IMG/VR virus record: IMGVR_UViG_3300026549_000043
Span: 32,001-96,000 of that record
Length of the DNA stretch: 64,000 nt
Reading direction: 5' to 3' (one strand)
Origin: a virus
Taxonomy: Duplodnaviria > Caudoviricetes
The stretch's first letter is position 1. Each line of letters opens with the position of its first letter. The position numbers and the translations under genes are program-made. Positions 1-10,058 of this stretch are shown here, piece after piece. Below the pieces are notes generated by a model that was given only the letters and a program-made list of their open reading frames with translations, did not search any database and had not been told where the DNA came from.

Positions 1-498
1 GATATGGTTCCAGATAATAAAGTAACAGTAAATACCTTAAGAAGCTTTGTTGAGAAGTATGATTTAGATATGTTATTTGTTGACCAGTTAAGTTTATTAG
101 ATACTGATAGCCATTATAGACAATCATTTGAACAAATGGCTGAAATTAGTAAAGCTTTGAAAAATTTACAGGTTCAAAAAAGAATCCCAATCGTAGTAGC
201 CTCACAACAGAATAGATCGTCCTTAGAAAATAACGAGTTAGCTGGGACTCAGAACTTAAGTTTATCAGATAGAATTGGGCAGGATGCTACTGAAGTTATT
301 TTCCTATCCAAAAATGATAATCTAATGAAAATTAACATTGCTAAAGCTAGAGATGGTTATACAAAGAATCTTTTATCCTATGTAGTAAATTTTGATACCG
401 GTACATTTGAATATGCTCCAGAGGAAGATGAAGAAGAAAGTGAAGCTGAATCAAATAAACAAGATAATAATAAAAATTTAGGTGAAAGAGTATTCTAA
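1..498 (+). CDS. dnaB: Replicative DNA helicase, C-terminal part (5'-truncated by window)
   Basis: LFVDQLSL, IPIVVASQQNR, SDRIGQDA and KARDG match DnaB/SF4 motifs; overlaps primase start (TAATG). Confidence 0.9.
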   Translation, partial: DMVPDNKVTVNTLRSFVEKYDLDMLFVDQLSLLDTDSHYRQSFEQMAEISKALKNLQVQKRIPIVVASQQNRSSLENNELAGTQNLSLSDRIGQDATEVIFLSKNDNLMKINIAKARDGYTKNLLSYVVNFDTGTFEYAPEEDEEESEAESNKQDNNKNLGERVF

Positions 499-1457
499 TG
501 TCAGAAATTATAATAAGAGATAAAGTTTTAGAAGTTGATATATTTGAAGCTTTACAAAAAGTTAAATCCCAAATATATAATGGTAAATTAAATAATATTA
601 GATTAATCGGTGATAGTATTTCTGTCCCATGTCCATTTCATAAAGATGGACTTGAAAGACACAACTCATGCACTATTAATTGTGGAGATAGTTCTGAAAT
701 ACCACCTGGTACATTTCATTGCTTTACTTGCTCAGAGTCAGGTGGGTTAGATAAATTTATTGGAGCATGCTTTGATAAAGATAAATACTTTGGAGAACAG
801 TGGTTATTAGAAAATTATTCTTATAATTTACTTAAAAAGAGTTTAGATCTACCGCCAATAGATTTAACTCAACAAACCAAAGAAAAAAAGTATTTAGATG
901 AATCTATCTTAGATGGATTTTCAGATTACCATCCTTATATGAGTAAACGAAAACTATCTGACGAAGTTATAAAAAAGTTCGATATTAAATATGACCCTTT
1001 AAGTAAATGTTTAGTATTCCCAGTTAGAGATCTTAATGGTAAAATTTCATTTTTAACCCGAAGGTCTACCGAAGGAAAAAAATTCATCATTGGCAAGGGT
1101 GCAGATAAATCTGTAATATATCTTCTGTATAATATTATTAAAGAAAATATTTCAGAAGTTATTGTTTGTGAGAGTCAAATCAATGCCTTGACTTGTTGGT
1201 CTTATGGTTACCCAGCTATAGCTTTGTTAGGAGCCGGTACAACTGAAGACCAAATTAAATCATTAAATAATACCAATATAAAAAGATATATTCTTTGTTA
1301 CGATGGTGATTACGCTGGAAGAAAAGGGGCCTATAGATTTAAAAAATTAATTAGAAAAGATGTATTCGTTGATGAAATAAAACTTCCTGAAGGGAAGGAT
1401 ATAAATGATTTAACCAAAGAAGAATTTGATAATTTAGTTTACGAATTACCTTTATAG
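498..1457 (+). CDS. dnaG: DNA primase (CHC2 zinc finger + TOPRIM)
   Basis: CPFH...CFTC zinc finger; VCES and YDGD..G TOPRIM motifs; KDIND. Confidence 0.9.
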   Translation: MSEIIIRDKVLEVDIFEALQKVKSQIYNGKLNNIRLIGDSISVPCPFHKDGLERHNSCTINCGDSSEIPPGTFHCFTCSESGGLDKFIGACFDKDKYFGEQWLLENYSYNLLKKSLDLPPIDLTQQTKEKKYLDESILDGFSDYHPYMSKRKLSDEVIKKFDIKYDPLSKCLVFPVRDLNGKISFLTRRSTEGKKFIIGKGADKSVIYLLYNIIKENISEVIVCESQINALTCWSYGYPAIALLGAGTTEDQIKSLNNTNIKRYILCYDGDYAGRKGAYRFKKLIRKDVFVDEIKLPEGKDINDLTKEEFDNLVYELPL

Positions 1458-1532
1458 GTGATATAGTATTAATATAGAAAAAGGTTAGAGCCGCCTGAAA
1501 AGTTAGGCTCACATTGAAAGGAAGGTATTATA

Positions 1533-2222
1533 ATGCCGTATATTAGTAGAGAAGAATTTTTAAAAAGACAGAAGGAAAGACAGGAAAGATCTAATAATTT
1601 TCAGAATTCAGGCCCAAGAGTTAGTTATTTTTCATTAAAAAATGATGGAGATGAAGCCGTTGTAAGATTTGCTTACACTTCACCTGAAGAACTTTATAAT
1701 GATATTTTCCCAACACATCAGACTACCATTGATGGAAAGTTCAGAAGAGTAAAATGCTTAAGAGAAAGTTATAACTCTCCAATTAAGGACTGCCCAATGT
1801 GTGCTGCAGGAATTCCAGTAAGTGAAAGATTTTATATTAGATTAGTAGAATATACTATGAATGATGCTGGAGATATTGAATTAACACCTAAGGTTTGGGA
1901 AAGACCAACTAGTTATGTATCAACCTTAAATGATTTCTTTGATGAATATGGAGATATCTCTGAAATGGTATTCAAGGTTAAGAGATCAGGTGAGAAGGGA
2001 TCTTTACAGACTACATATTCAATTTTACCAGCAAATCAGAAGATCTATAATGAAAGTTTATACCCAGTAGATTTCTCTGCATTTAAAGAATATTCTGTAG
2101 TAGGTAATGCTTTAACAGAAAAAGATGCTGATGGCATGTTAGAATTATTAGGAAACACTAAGGATTCTAAAGAAGAACCAGCTGAAGTAATTACTGCTAC
2201 ACCAAGAAGAGTAACTTATTAA
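1533..2222 (+). CDS. Single-stranded DNA-binding protein, T4 gp32-like
   Basis: VRF...H...C...CPMC zinc ligands, acidic tail, located between primase and polymerase. Confidence 0.75.
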   Translation: MPYISREEFLKRQKERQERSNNFQNSGPRVSYFSLKNDGDEAVVRFAYTSPEELYNDIFPTHQTTIDGKFRRVKCLRESYNSPIKDCPMCAAGIPVSERFYIRLVEYTMNDAGDIELTPKVWERPTSYVSTLNDFFDEYGDISEMVFKVKRSGEKGSLQTTYSILPANQKIYNESLYPVDFSAFKEYSVVGNALTEKDADGMLELLGNTKDSKEEPAEVITATPRRVTY

Positions 2223-2248
2223 AAAAGACCTAACGGTCTTTTTTTTTT
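2222..2248 (+). terminator. Intrinsic terminator
   Basis: AAAAAGACC-TAAC-GGTCTTTTT hairpin followed by a T run. Confidence 0.8.
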
Positions 2249-2305
2249 AGTTTACATAAACTGTATAAATATGTTAGTATTAATATACTAAAAGAGGGTA
2301 TTTAA

Positions 2306-5047
2306 ATGGAAAAAATTATTCAACAAAGTCTTTTTGGTGCAAATTTTGACATTATTTTAAATAATGATAAAACTGATAAGATAATAAAAAAATTAAAGAA
2401 ACCAAAAGATCTATCTGAAGTTAGTACAGATAAATTCTTGAAGTCTAAAAATATTTCTATTGGGGAGAAGATAAAAAGAGTTACTGAAGACGTCAACCGT
2501 ATCTTGGGTAATTATAAAAATGATACTATAGTAATTAAGTCTGAAGATGAATTAAAAAATTATATCGATAAGGCTATTTCTAATGGAGTTATTTCAGTCG
2601 ATACAGAAACAAATAATTCTTTAGACCCTTTAACATGTAAGATTATGGGTTTATGTATATATACTCCAGGTGAAAAGAACGCTTATGTACCAGTTAATCA
2701 TATTAATTTAAATACTAAAGAGAAATTACCAAATCAGGTAACTGAAGAAGAAATCAATCACCAGTTAACTAGATTATTAGAAAATAAAACAAAATGTATA
2801 TTTCATAATGGTAAATTTGATTACATGGTAATTTATTATACTTGTGGGGTTAAACTACCAATTGATTGGGATACGATGATAGGCTCACAGATCTTAAATG
2901 AAAATGAACCAGCCGGATTGAAATATCAATATAAGAATAAAATTAACCCGGATCAAGATAAATATTCAATCGAACACCTATTCCAGGGTATGGAATATGC
3001 AATTTTTGATCCAGAATTATTTGCATTATATGCAGCCACTGATGCCTATATGACTTATAAATTATATGAATATCAAAAGAAAGAATTTGAAAAGAATGGC
3101 AATGAAAGACTATATAATCTATTTCTTAATATTGAGATGCCTGTAGTAACGGTTACTGCAGAAATGGAATCTAGAGGAATCGCCGTAGATAAAGAATTTG
3201 CTAAAAGACTTAGTACAAAATTCCATAAAAAACTAGATAATTTAAATGAGGTTATTAGTAAAGAAATGGAAAAATATCAAGATACTATTAATGAATGGAG
3301 ATTGTCAGTCGAAGCCAATAGGCATGAAGTTAAAAATGGTAAAACTCAAAAATCTTTAAGTGAAAAATTATCAGACCCGGTAGAACTTACATCGGCCACT
3401 CAATTAGGTATTCTATTATATGATGTTTTAAGAGTATTAAAAGTTGGAAGCGATGGCAAGAAAACTACCGATGAAGCTACATTATTATCTATAAAAGATA
3501 CTTTGCCATTAGCTTCTCTAATCTTAAAAAAGAGGGAATACGAAAAATATTTAGGAACTTATATTGATGTGTTGCCTACATATTGTAACCCTAGAGATGG
3601 CCGAGTACATGCTCACTTTAATCAATTAGGTAGAGAAGATAGAAACGTAGTAACAGGTAGAATGTCAAGCTCTGATCCATCATTACAGGTTATCCCTGCT
3701 AGAGGTGATATTGTAACGGTTAGAATGATGTTTGTAGCTACAACTGAGTATCCCGAAATTAAACCAATTAATGACCATTATGAAGTACCAATAGAAAATG
3801 AAGTCCTATTAAAAAGCAATGAATATAAATGGTCTTCATACCTAGAACCAGGAGATATTTTAGAAAATGGTAATAAGGTGTCTAGAATTAATGTTAAAGA
3901 AAAATTAGTAGAAATTTATTATACTGGTAATAGCGAGGTACTTAAAACTCGTAGACGTTATAAACTGTGTGGTAATGACTACTCAGCTCAGGAAGTTAGA
4001 ATGTTTGCTCAGAACACACAAGATCCTTCAATGATTAATGTTTTTAAAGAAGGTAGAGACTTATATTCTGAGGTAGCTTCAATGGTTTACCATCTTCCTT
4101 ATTATGAATGTACTGAATTTAATGATAAGGGTGAATTTAATCTTGAAGGTAAACAAAGAAGAACGAAGTGTAAAAGTTTAATTCTTGGTCTTCAATATGG
4201 ACGTGGTATTAAATCAATCGCTGAACAAATTAAAGCTCATGATGGACCAGTTAATAAAGAAGATATTGCTGAAGCAAAGAAATTATCTGATGACTTCTTT
4301 ACTCACTACCCAAAGGCCAAGGAATGGATGGATAATAATAAGAAGAAGGCTCGTGAGGTTGGGTATGTAGAGGATTTATGGGGCAGACGTAGAAGATTAC
4401 CTGATGCTTCATTACCAAAATATGAATTTTCTCTATTAAATGAAAAAGAGTTATTTAATCCATTATTAAATACTCCAGTCAGAAAATTAGAAGTTGATAA
4501 AAAATTAATTAATAGATATACCGAATTGTTGGATAAAACTAAAAGTTTATCTGAAAGAGAATCTGTCATTAAATCAGCTAAAAAGGATAATCTTTCAATT
4601 AAAAGCAATTCAGGTTATATAGCTCAGGCTGAAAGGCAGGCCATCAATGCTCCAATTCAGGGTGGATCTGCCACAATGACAAAATTGGCTATGAGGAATA
4701 TGTATTATGACCAAGAATTAAAAGATTTAGATTTTCATTTATTAATTCCAGTTCATGATGAAATTATTGCTGAAGCTCCATTATGGAATATTGATAAAGC
4801 AGTTGATAGGATGGCTTACATTATGATTCACGCAGGTGAGCCTGAATGCGAAGTACAGATGAAATGTGATGGAGATTCATTCTATCGTTGGTATGAGGAT
4901 GTCTTTAAGGCCCATGTAAAGGAAGAGTTTGAAGAACATATAAAAAATGGCTTCAGCAAGGAAGAGGCAATTAAAATGGTTCAGGAAGTAAATTCTGAGT
5001 GTACCATCGAAGAAATAGAAGGGTATATCTCAGAATTAAACCTTTAG
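2306..5047 (+). CDS. polA: Family A DNA polymerase (3'-5' exonuclease + polymerase) with ~70-aa insert
   Basis: DTET (ExoI), HNGKFD, YAATD, TGRMSS, DYSAQE (motif A), K..ILGLQYG (motif B), VHDE (motif C); N-terminal QQSLF. Confidence 0.95.
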   Translation: MEKIIQQSLFGANFDIILNNDKTDKIIKKLKKPKDLSEVSTDKFLKSKNISIGEKIKRVTEDVNRILGNYKNDTIVIKSEDELKNYIDKAISNGVISVDTETNNSLDPLTCKIMGLCIYTPGEKNAYVPVNHINLNTKEKLPNQVTEEEINHQLTRLLENKTKCIFHNGKFDYMVIYYTCGVKLPIDWDTMIGSQILNENEPAGLKYQYKNKINPDQDKYSIEHLFQGMEYAIFDPELFALYAATDAYMTYKLYEYQKKEFEKNGNERLYNLFLNIEMPVVTVTAEMESRGIAVDKEFAKRLSTKFHKKLDNLNEVISKEMEKYQDTINEWRLSVEANRHEVKNGKTQKSLSEKLSDPVELTSATQLGILLYDVLRVLKVGSDGKKTTDEATLLSIKDTLPLASLILKKREYEKYLGTYIDVLPTYCNPRDGRVHAHFNQLGREDRNVVTGRMSSSDPSLQVIPARGDIVTVRMMFVATTEYPEIKPINDHYEVPIENEVLLKSNEYKWSSYLEPGDILENGNKVSRINVKEKLVEIYYTGNSEVLKTRRRYKLCGNDYSAQEVRMFAQNTQDPSMINVFKEGRDLYSEVASMVYHLPYYECTEFNDKGEFNLEGKQRRTKCKSLILGLQYGRGIKSIAEQIKAHDGPVNKEDIAEAKKLSDDFFTHYPKAKEWMDNNKKKAREVGYVEDLWGRRRRLPDASLPKYEFSLLNEKELFNPLLNTPVRKLEVDKKLINRYTELLDKTKSLSERESVIKSAKKDNLSIKSNSGYIAQAERQAINAPIQGGSATMTKLAMRNMYYDQELKDLDFHLLIPVHDEIIAEAPLWNIDKAVDRMAYIMIHAGEPECEVQMKCDGDSFYRWYEDVFKAHVKEEFEEHIKNGFSKEEAIKMVQEVNSECTIEEIEGYISELNL

Positions 5048-5124
5048 TTTACAGAGTGATTTAATTCTATTAATATATAATTATAAAAATATTTAAGTGT
5101 CCAAGGAGGTGAGTTTTTACAGTT

Positions 5125-5626
5125 ATGAACATCGTAGTATTTGGATGTGATAACTGTGGTTAGCAAAACCACGTTATGTAATCAGTTAGCTAACTTATTA
5201 AATGAAGATGTAGATTTTACTGCAGAAGTAGTTCATAGCTTAGGCCCTAATAAATCTGTTAAGGAAATGGTTGAATTCATGGAAGGTAATCTTACTCCAG
5301 TAAATTCAACTCATACAAAAATTTTTGATAGGTTCCCAGTTATAGAAGAAAGTATTTATGGTCCCTTACTAAGAGGTGAAAATAAATTTGCTGGAGTAAT
5401 AGTAAAGAATCTTTTAGATAGAGTAGATTTATTTGTTTATTGCTATCCAGGTTTATTTACTATCCTTAATTGGGGTGATAGAGAACAGATGCCTGGGGTT
5501 AAGGATAATGTTTTTGAAATTATTGATTCATATAATAGACTGGCTGTAAAATTAAAATCTAATGGATATAATGTTAAAGAATATAATTATAGATGTGATA
5601 ATTATAAGGAGTTATTAAATGATTAA
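5125..5626 (+). pseudogene. dNMP kinase-like P-loop protein interrupted by 4 extra nt in the Walker A motif
   Basis: ATG 5125 gives MNIVVFGCDNCG, then TAG C, then KTTL... in the +1 frame; IFDRFP kinase motif downstream. Confidence 0.7.
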
Positions 5627-5810
5627 AAAAATATCAAATGAAAATTCTATTATTTATTACTCTTTAAATAGATATAGAGATTATTTAAAGAATTTATTAG
5701 TTACTGGGAATGATGCTTTAGAATATACAGAAATATTAGATCTTTTAAAATCAACTGAAGAAGTTTTAGAAAAGTATAGAAAGTTAATCCAGGAAAAGGG
5801 TGAATATTAA
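5619..5810 (+). CDS. Hypothetical protein
   Basis: Overlaps kinase stop, RBS-like AGGAG upstream. Confidence 0.6.
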   Translation: MIKKISNENSIIYYSLNRYRDYLKNLLVTGNDALEYTEILDLLKSTEEVLEKYRKLIQEKGEY

Positions 5811-5811
5811 A

Positions 5812-6441
5812 ATGAATACTTCGGATATTAAGTTTAATGGTGAAATTAAATCATTTGACGAACTCTTTAAAGCTGCTAGAGAACAATTTTTATTATATGA
5901 AAAATTAGAAGGAATAGATGACTGGGAAAAATATGATTTCTCAATTGACTGTTCAGCAGACCAGATGAAGTTTAAAGATATGATCCAGATTAGATTCATT
6001 GAAGAATTAACTGAAGCGTCTATGGCCTTAGAAGATCCACCAGAACATTTCTGGGAAGAAATAGGCGATGCTTTAAATTTCTTCTTATCAGCCTATGTTA
6101 TGTTAGGTGTAGATTTTAAAAAATTACCTGATCCACAAAAGATTCTTACTAGACATGAATATGCTATACATAAAATAAGAATTATTCATCGTGACGAATA
6201 TTCTCTGAAGGTGTATCCTATTATTGAAGATGTGGGAAGCTTATGTAATTTATTAAAAAATAGGCCTTGGTCACAAAGTAATTTTTTAGTATCGATGACT
6301 GATTTTAATCAAAGACTTGAAAAATTATGGGTTGATTTCTGGGAATTATTTAATTATATGAGAGTTAGTCCAGAGGAAGTATTTGAAATGTTTTGGAAAA
6401 AATATCAAGTAAACATTCATAGAATAGAAACGGGGTATTAA
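5812..6441 (+). CDS. All-alpha NTP pyrophosphatase (dimeric dUTPase/dCTPase, MazG-like)
   Basis: FIEELTEA...EEIGDALNFF metal motifs; C-terminal K..VN..R..GY. Confidence 0.75.
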   Translation: MNTSDIKFNGEIKSFDELFKAAREQFLLYEKLEGIDDWEKYDFSIDCSADQMKFKDMIQIRFIEELTEASMALEDPPEHFWEEIGDALNFFLSAYVMLGVDFKKLPDPQKILTRHEYAIHKIRIIHRDEYSLKVYPIIEDVGSLCNLLKNRPWSQSNFLVSMTDFNQRLEKLWVDFWELFNYMRVSPEEVFEMFWKKYQVNIHRIETGY

Positions 6442-6442
6442 A

Positions 6443-7192
6443 ATGGCTAGAATATTTAAAACAATTTATGATGCGTTAGATGAAACAGCTAGAGACTTGA
6501 AGGTTAGAAGTATTACTACTGAATGTCAAAGCTATCAGGATAAAAAGCTTGAAGGTAAGGATAGATTTGTAAAAGAATTAATTGGTGTAAATTTTGTAAT
6601 TAACAAACCTACCTTGGATAGAGAAAAAGCCATTGAATATATGTTTAAAGACCCTGAAGAATCTAAAAAGATTATTAGGTATTGTGAACAGGAAATTAAG
6701 GATAGATGTTCAGGAGAGCCATTAAATCCAGGAAATTCTTATAAAATTAGAGCTGACCTTTGGTCAAAGTTTATTGAAGGTACAGGAAAGTTTAGTTATC
6801 AGTACGCTGAAAGGCTATGGACAAATAATCAGTTTAGAAATGTCATTGAATGTTTAAGAAATGATGCTGGTACAAGACAGGCAGTATTATCAATTTGGGA
6901 TCCCGAAAAAGATATGGATTTAAAGAAATTAGGTGGTGGAAATAGAATTCCATGTAGTCTTAATTATCAATTCTTAATAAGAAATGATAGATTACATTGT
7001 ATTTATTCACTTAGATCAAATGATTTCTTTGGACATCATGCCATAGATTTGTATTGTGCTTCAGGATTAATGGAATATGTAGTAAATGAATTAAAGGATA
7101 CATATCCAGATTTAAAGGTTGGTTCATTAACTTATTTATGTGGAAGTCTTCATTCATTTGCTTGGGATATCAACCGTTGGGTTTTGTTTTAG
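6443..7192 (+). CDS. Thymidylate-synthase-fold enzyme, candidate dCMP (hydroxy)methylase
   Basis: TRQA, RIPC, YQFLIR, RSND, SLH; Asp (AIDLY) at the position of the ThyA specificity Asn. Confidence 0.8.
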   Translation: MARIFKTIYDALDETARDLKVRSITTECQSYQDKKLEGKDRFVKELIGVNFVINKPTLDREKAIEYMFKDPEESKKIIRYCEQEIKDRCSGEPLNPGNSYKIRADLWSKFIEGTGKFSYQYAERLWTNNQFRNVIECLRNDAGTRQAVLSIWDPEKDMDLKKLGGGNRIPCSLNYQFLIRNDRLHCIYSLRSNDFFGHHAIDLYCASGLMEYVVNELKDTYPDLKVGSLTYLCGSLHSFAWDINRWVLF

Positions 7193-7981
7193 ATGATTTA
7201 TTTAGAGTATAAAGATTTTGATAATTTATACCATGATTTTTCTAGATTGTTAATTAATGATTTAGAAAAATATAAAGATGATTCCTTTATCATTGGGGCT
7301 ACAGTTTATTTGAACAATGTAGTAATTAGTACACCTTCATGTGATTGCCATCTTGACATGGCAGACTTTAATTATACTAAAGTAAAGTGGACTACATTAG
7401 TAAATAAATATATTAACAAAGAAAGTTATTTTGATTTAAAAGATAGACTAGTAACTTCTACGGCTAAAACATTAACCTTCAACTTTAATATTCATATCGG
7501 AAGATCTACCGATAAAGATAAAACTAAAAACCGAGACTCATGCTTAGTAGCTTTAGTTTTTAGTAGACATGGTAATTCTGGGCCTTGGACTAATGTTAGT
7601 ATTTATTACCGAGTAACAGAAATTTTTAAAAAATTTGCTATAGATTTAATTCTATTCAATAGAATGTTCAATGACTTACCAAATCTAGAAATAAAAGAAT
7701 ATTTATTTTATATCCCGCAACCATTTTATAGTACTTTTATTTTATCTGAACTAATGGATAAATTATTTGATATTAAGGAATTTGATCAACCTGATAATTT
7801 TATTTGTTATAAGATTAATAAATTTTATGATAAATATTATGGCGAAAATGCCGTAGAATCAAATTATCATGCTATAGCTAGAAAACAAAAAATGAAGAAA
7901 GAAAACATTGTCAGAGATCCTATCCCAATAGAAAGTCTAAAGATCTTTGATGATAAATATTTAGAAGATACCTTGTGGTAA
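7193..7981 (+). CDS. Divergent second TS-fold protein
   Basis: SCL..LVF...YYRVTE..KKFAIDL parallels PC..YQF...RSND...AIDL of the upstream gene. Confidence 0.5.
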   Translation: MIYLEYKDFDNLYHDFSRLLINDLEKYKDDSFIIGATVYLNNVVISTPSCDCHLDMADFNYTKVKWTTLVNKYINKESYFDLKDRLVTSTAKTLTFNFNIHIGRSTDKDKTKNRDSCLVALVFSRHGNSGPWTNVSIYYRVTEIFKKFAIDLILFNRMFNDLPNLEIKEYLFYIPQPFYSTFILSELMDKLFDIKEFDQPDNFICYKINKFYDKYYGENAVESNYHAIARKQKMKKENIVRDPIPIESLKIFDDKYLEDTLW

Positions 7982-8034
7982 AGTTTACAATAGAGTTAAA
8001 ATAATTTATAATATTGTGTATAAGGAGAAAGAAA

Positions 8035-8478
8035 ATGAATAAAGAATACCCAACCTTAAAAGTTAAATTATTATCTAATAATGCAAAATTACCGACTCGT
8101 GGAACTCCAGGTTCATCAGGTCTTGATGTATATTCACCTATTGATTTTAGTATTCCACCAAGAGGTGATTATTTAGTAGCTTTAGATTTAGCCTTTGATA
8201 TTCCCTTCGGATGGGATTTATCAGTAATGAACAAATCAGGTATATCAACAAAAAAACATTTGGATAAGGGTGCTGAACTTATCGATAGTGATTATACTGG
8301 TAATTGCCATATCCACCTATTTAATCATTCTGATAATGAAATTCACTTTAATAAAGGTGATAAACTAGCTCAATTAGTAATGAGAGAAGTTTGGATGGGT
8401 GAGATTGAAGAGGTTAAAGAAATTAGAAAAGATACTCTTAGAGGGTCGTTAGGGTTCGGGAGCACCGGTGATAAGTAA
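8035..8478 (+). CDS. dut: Trimeric dUTPase
   Basis: SSGLD, KSG, IDSDYTG, AQLV, RG..GFGSTG motifs. Confidence 0.95.
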   Translation: MNKEYPTLKVKLLSNNAKLPTRGTPGSSGLDVYSPIDFSIPPRGDYLVALDLAFDIPFGWDLSVMNKSGISTKKHLDKGAELIDSDYTGNCHIHLFNHSDNEIHFNKGDKLAQLVMREVWMGEIEEVKEIRKDTLRGSLGFGSTGDK

Positions 8479-8927
8479 TGGATAAGAAGCAATCTTATTA
8501 TATCGAATTAGCTAAGATAGCTTCTAAACAAAGTAAGGATCCACGTACTAAGGTTGGTTCTTGTATAACCAAGGATGGAAAGATTTTATCTCTAGGCTGG
8601 AATGGGCCTCCTAGGAAATTAAATGACTCTCTAGTACCATTTGATTGCAGAGATAAGACTAAACCATTAAAAGAACAAAAATATCCATATATTCTTCACT
8701 CAGAGGTCAATTCAATCTTAAACTATGCGGGTCAATTGAATGATCTGGTGGGTTCATCTTTGTATGTTACCGTATTCCCTTGTCATAATTGTGCTTTACA
8801 AATTATTCAGGCTGGAATTAAAGAGGTTTATTATCTAGAAGATTATGGTGGAGATTCTGAGAGTGACAAGATGTCTAAGTTCTTATTTGATCAATGTGGT
8901 GTAAGTTATAAAAAATTGGAGAATTAA
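8478..8927 (+). CDS. dCMP deaminase
   Basis: HSE and PCHNC zinc motifs; SKDP.TKVG. Confidence 0.92.
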   Translation: MDKKQSYYIELAKIASKQSKDPRTKVGSCITKDGKILSLGWNGPPRKLNDSLVPFDCRDKTKPLKEQKYPYILHSEVNSILNYAGQLNDLVGSSLYVTVFPCHNCALQIIQAGIKEVYYLEDYGGDSESDKMSKFLFDQCGVSYKKLEN

Positions 8928-8930
8928 TAT

Positions 8931-10058
8931 ATGATTGTAAAAACTGAAGAATTTAAAGAAGCGTGTCAGACAATTTTATTGGCATTAGATACAAAAGAAG
9001 TGTCTTTATATAATGAGGCCTTAGAATTAATCTCTAGTGGTAGTACCTTAAATTTAAATGTTACTAATAGGCAATATTATGTAACAGTAAAATTTAATCT
9101 CACTTCTCCAGTTAATTTCAAAGCAGTAGTTAAGGCTAAAACTTTCTTATCATTGGTAAGTAAAATTACTACTGAGTATATTGAATTATTAGTAGATGAT
9201 AGAGTCTTAAAGGTTAAGGCTAATGGAGAATATACTTTCCCATTAGTATTTAATAATTCCACTATGTTAGAATTACCTAAGATTAACACTGGAGTAGTAA
9301 CTAATTCTTTTTCAATTAATAGTAATATCCTTTTAAGTATACTTAATAATAATAGTAAAGAATTAATTCGTGGGGCTGAGGTATTAAAAAGTAGTAACAG
9401 TAAACAGGTACAGTCCTATTATTATGTAGATGAATTAGGGGCTATTACTTATACTACTGGAGCCTGTGTAAATTCATTCACCTTACCTTCTAGTTTAAAA
9501 ATTTTATTAGATGAAAAATCTGTTAGATTATTTAGGTTATTTAAAAATAATACTACAGTAGATTTTGAAATGAGTCAGGTAGCTTTAAATGATACTCTTA
9601 CCCAGACTGTCTTGAAGTTTAGTAATTCAATGATAGAATTAATTACTTTAATGCCAGATTCATCTATGATATCTTCTGTCCCAGCCTTAACTATTAGAGA
9701 GATGGCTAATAAGAATTACCCTTATGAAGTAGTATTAAGTAAGGATAGTTTGTTAGAGATTTTAAATAGACTAAATATCTTTAATACTGACTCTAGGTTA
9801 TTAGTCCAGGTTAGTATTTCTAATGATACTTTGACTATTTCGGGGTTAAATGGTGAATTTACTGAAACTCTTAAAACTTCAAGTGGAACATCGGTTGAGG
9901 AACCATACTCATTCTATTTAATTTTAAAGAATTTAAAATTAATTCTTGATGGATATGTAGAACAATATATTACAATGTGTTTTGGTGATAATAAGGCTAT
10001 AGCTTTTAAAAAGAATGGTGTAGTAGATATTATTCCTGAGCCTAGGGTAGTTAATTAA
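8931..10058 (+). CDS. dnaN: Sliding clamp, DNA polymerase III beta-like
   Basis: 375 aa with DnaN-like pattern; loader subunits present elsewhere in window. Confidence 0.65.
   Translation: MIVKTEEFKEACQTILLALDTKEVSLYNEALELISSGSTLNLNVTNRQYYVTVKFNLTSPVNFKAVVKAKTFLSLVSKITTEYIELLVDDRVLKVKANGEYTFPLVFNNSTMLELPKINTGVVTNSFSINSNILLSILNNNSKELIRGAEVLKSSNSKQVQSYYYVDELGAITYTTGACVNSFTLPSSLKILLDEKSVRLFRLFKNNTTVDFEMSQVALNDTLTQTVLKFSNSMIELITLMPDSSMISSVPALTIREMANKNYPYEVVLSKDSLLEILNRLNIFNTDSRLLVQVSISNDTLTISGLNGEFTETLKTSSGTSVEEPYSFYLILKNLKLILDGYVEQYITMCFGDNKAIAFKKNGVVDIIPEPRVVN

Noticed and set aside
5141-5626. TTG-started kinase as given in the ORF track
   Set aside because: It lacks a P-loop; the true N-terminus is in another frame from ATG 5125
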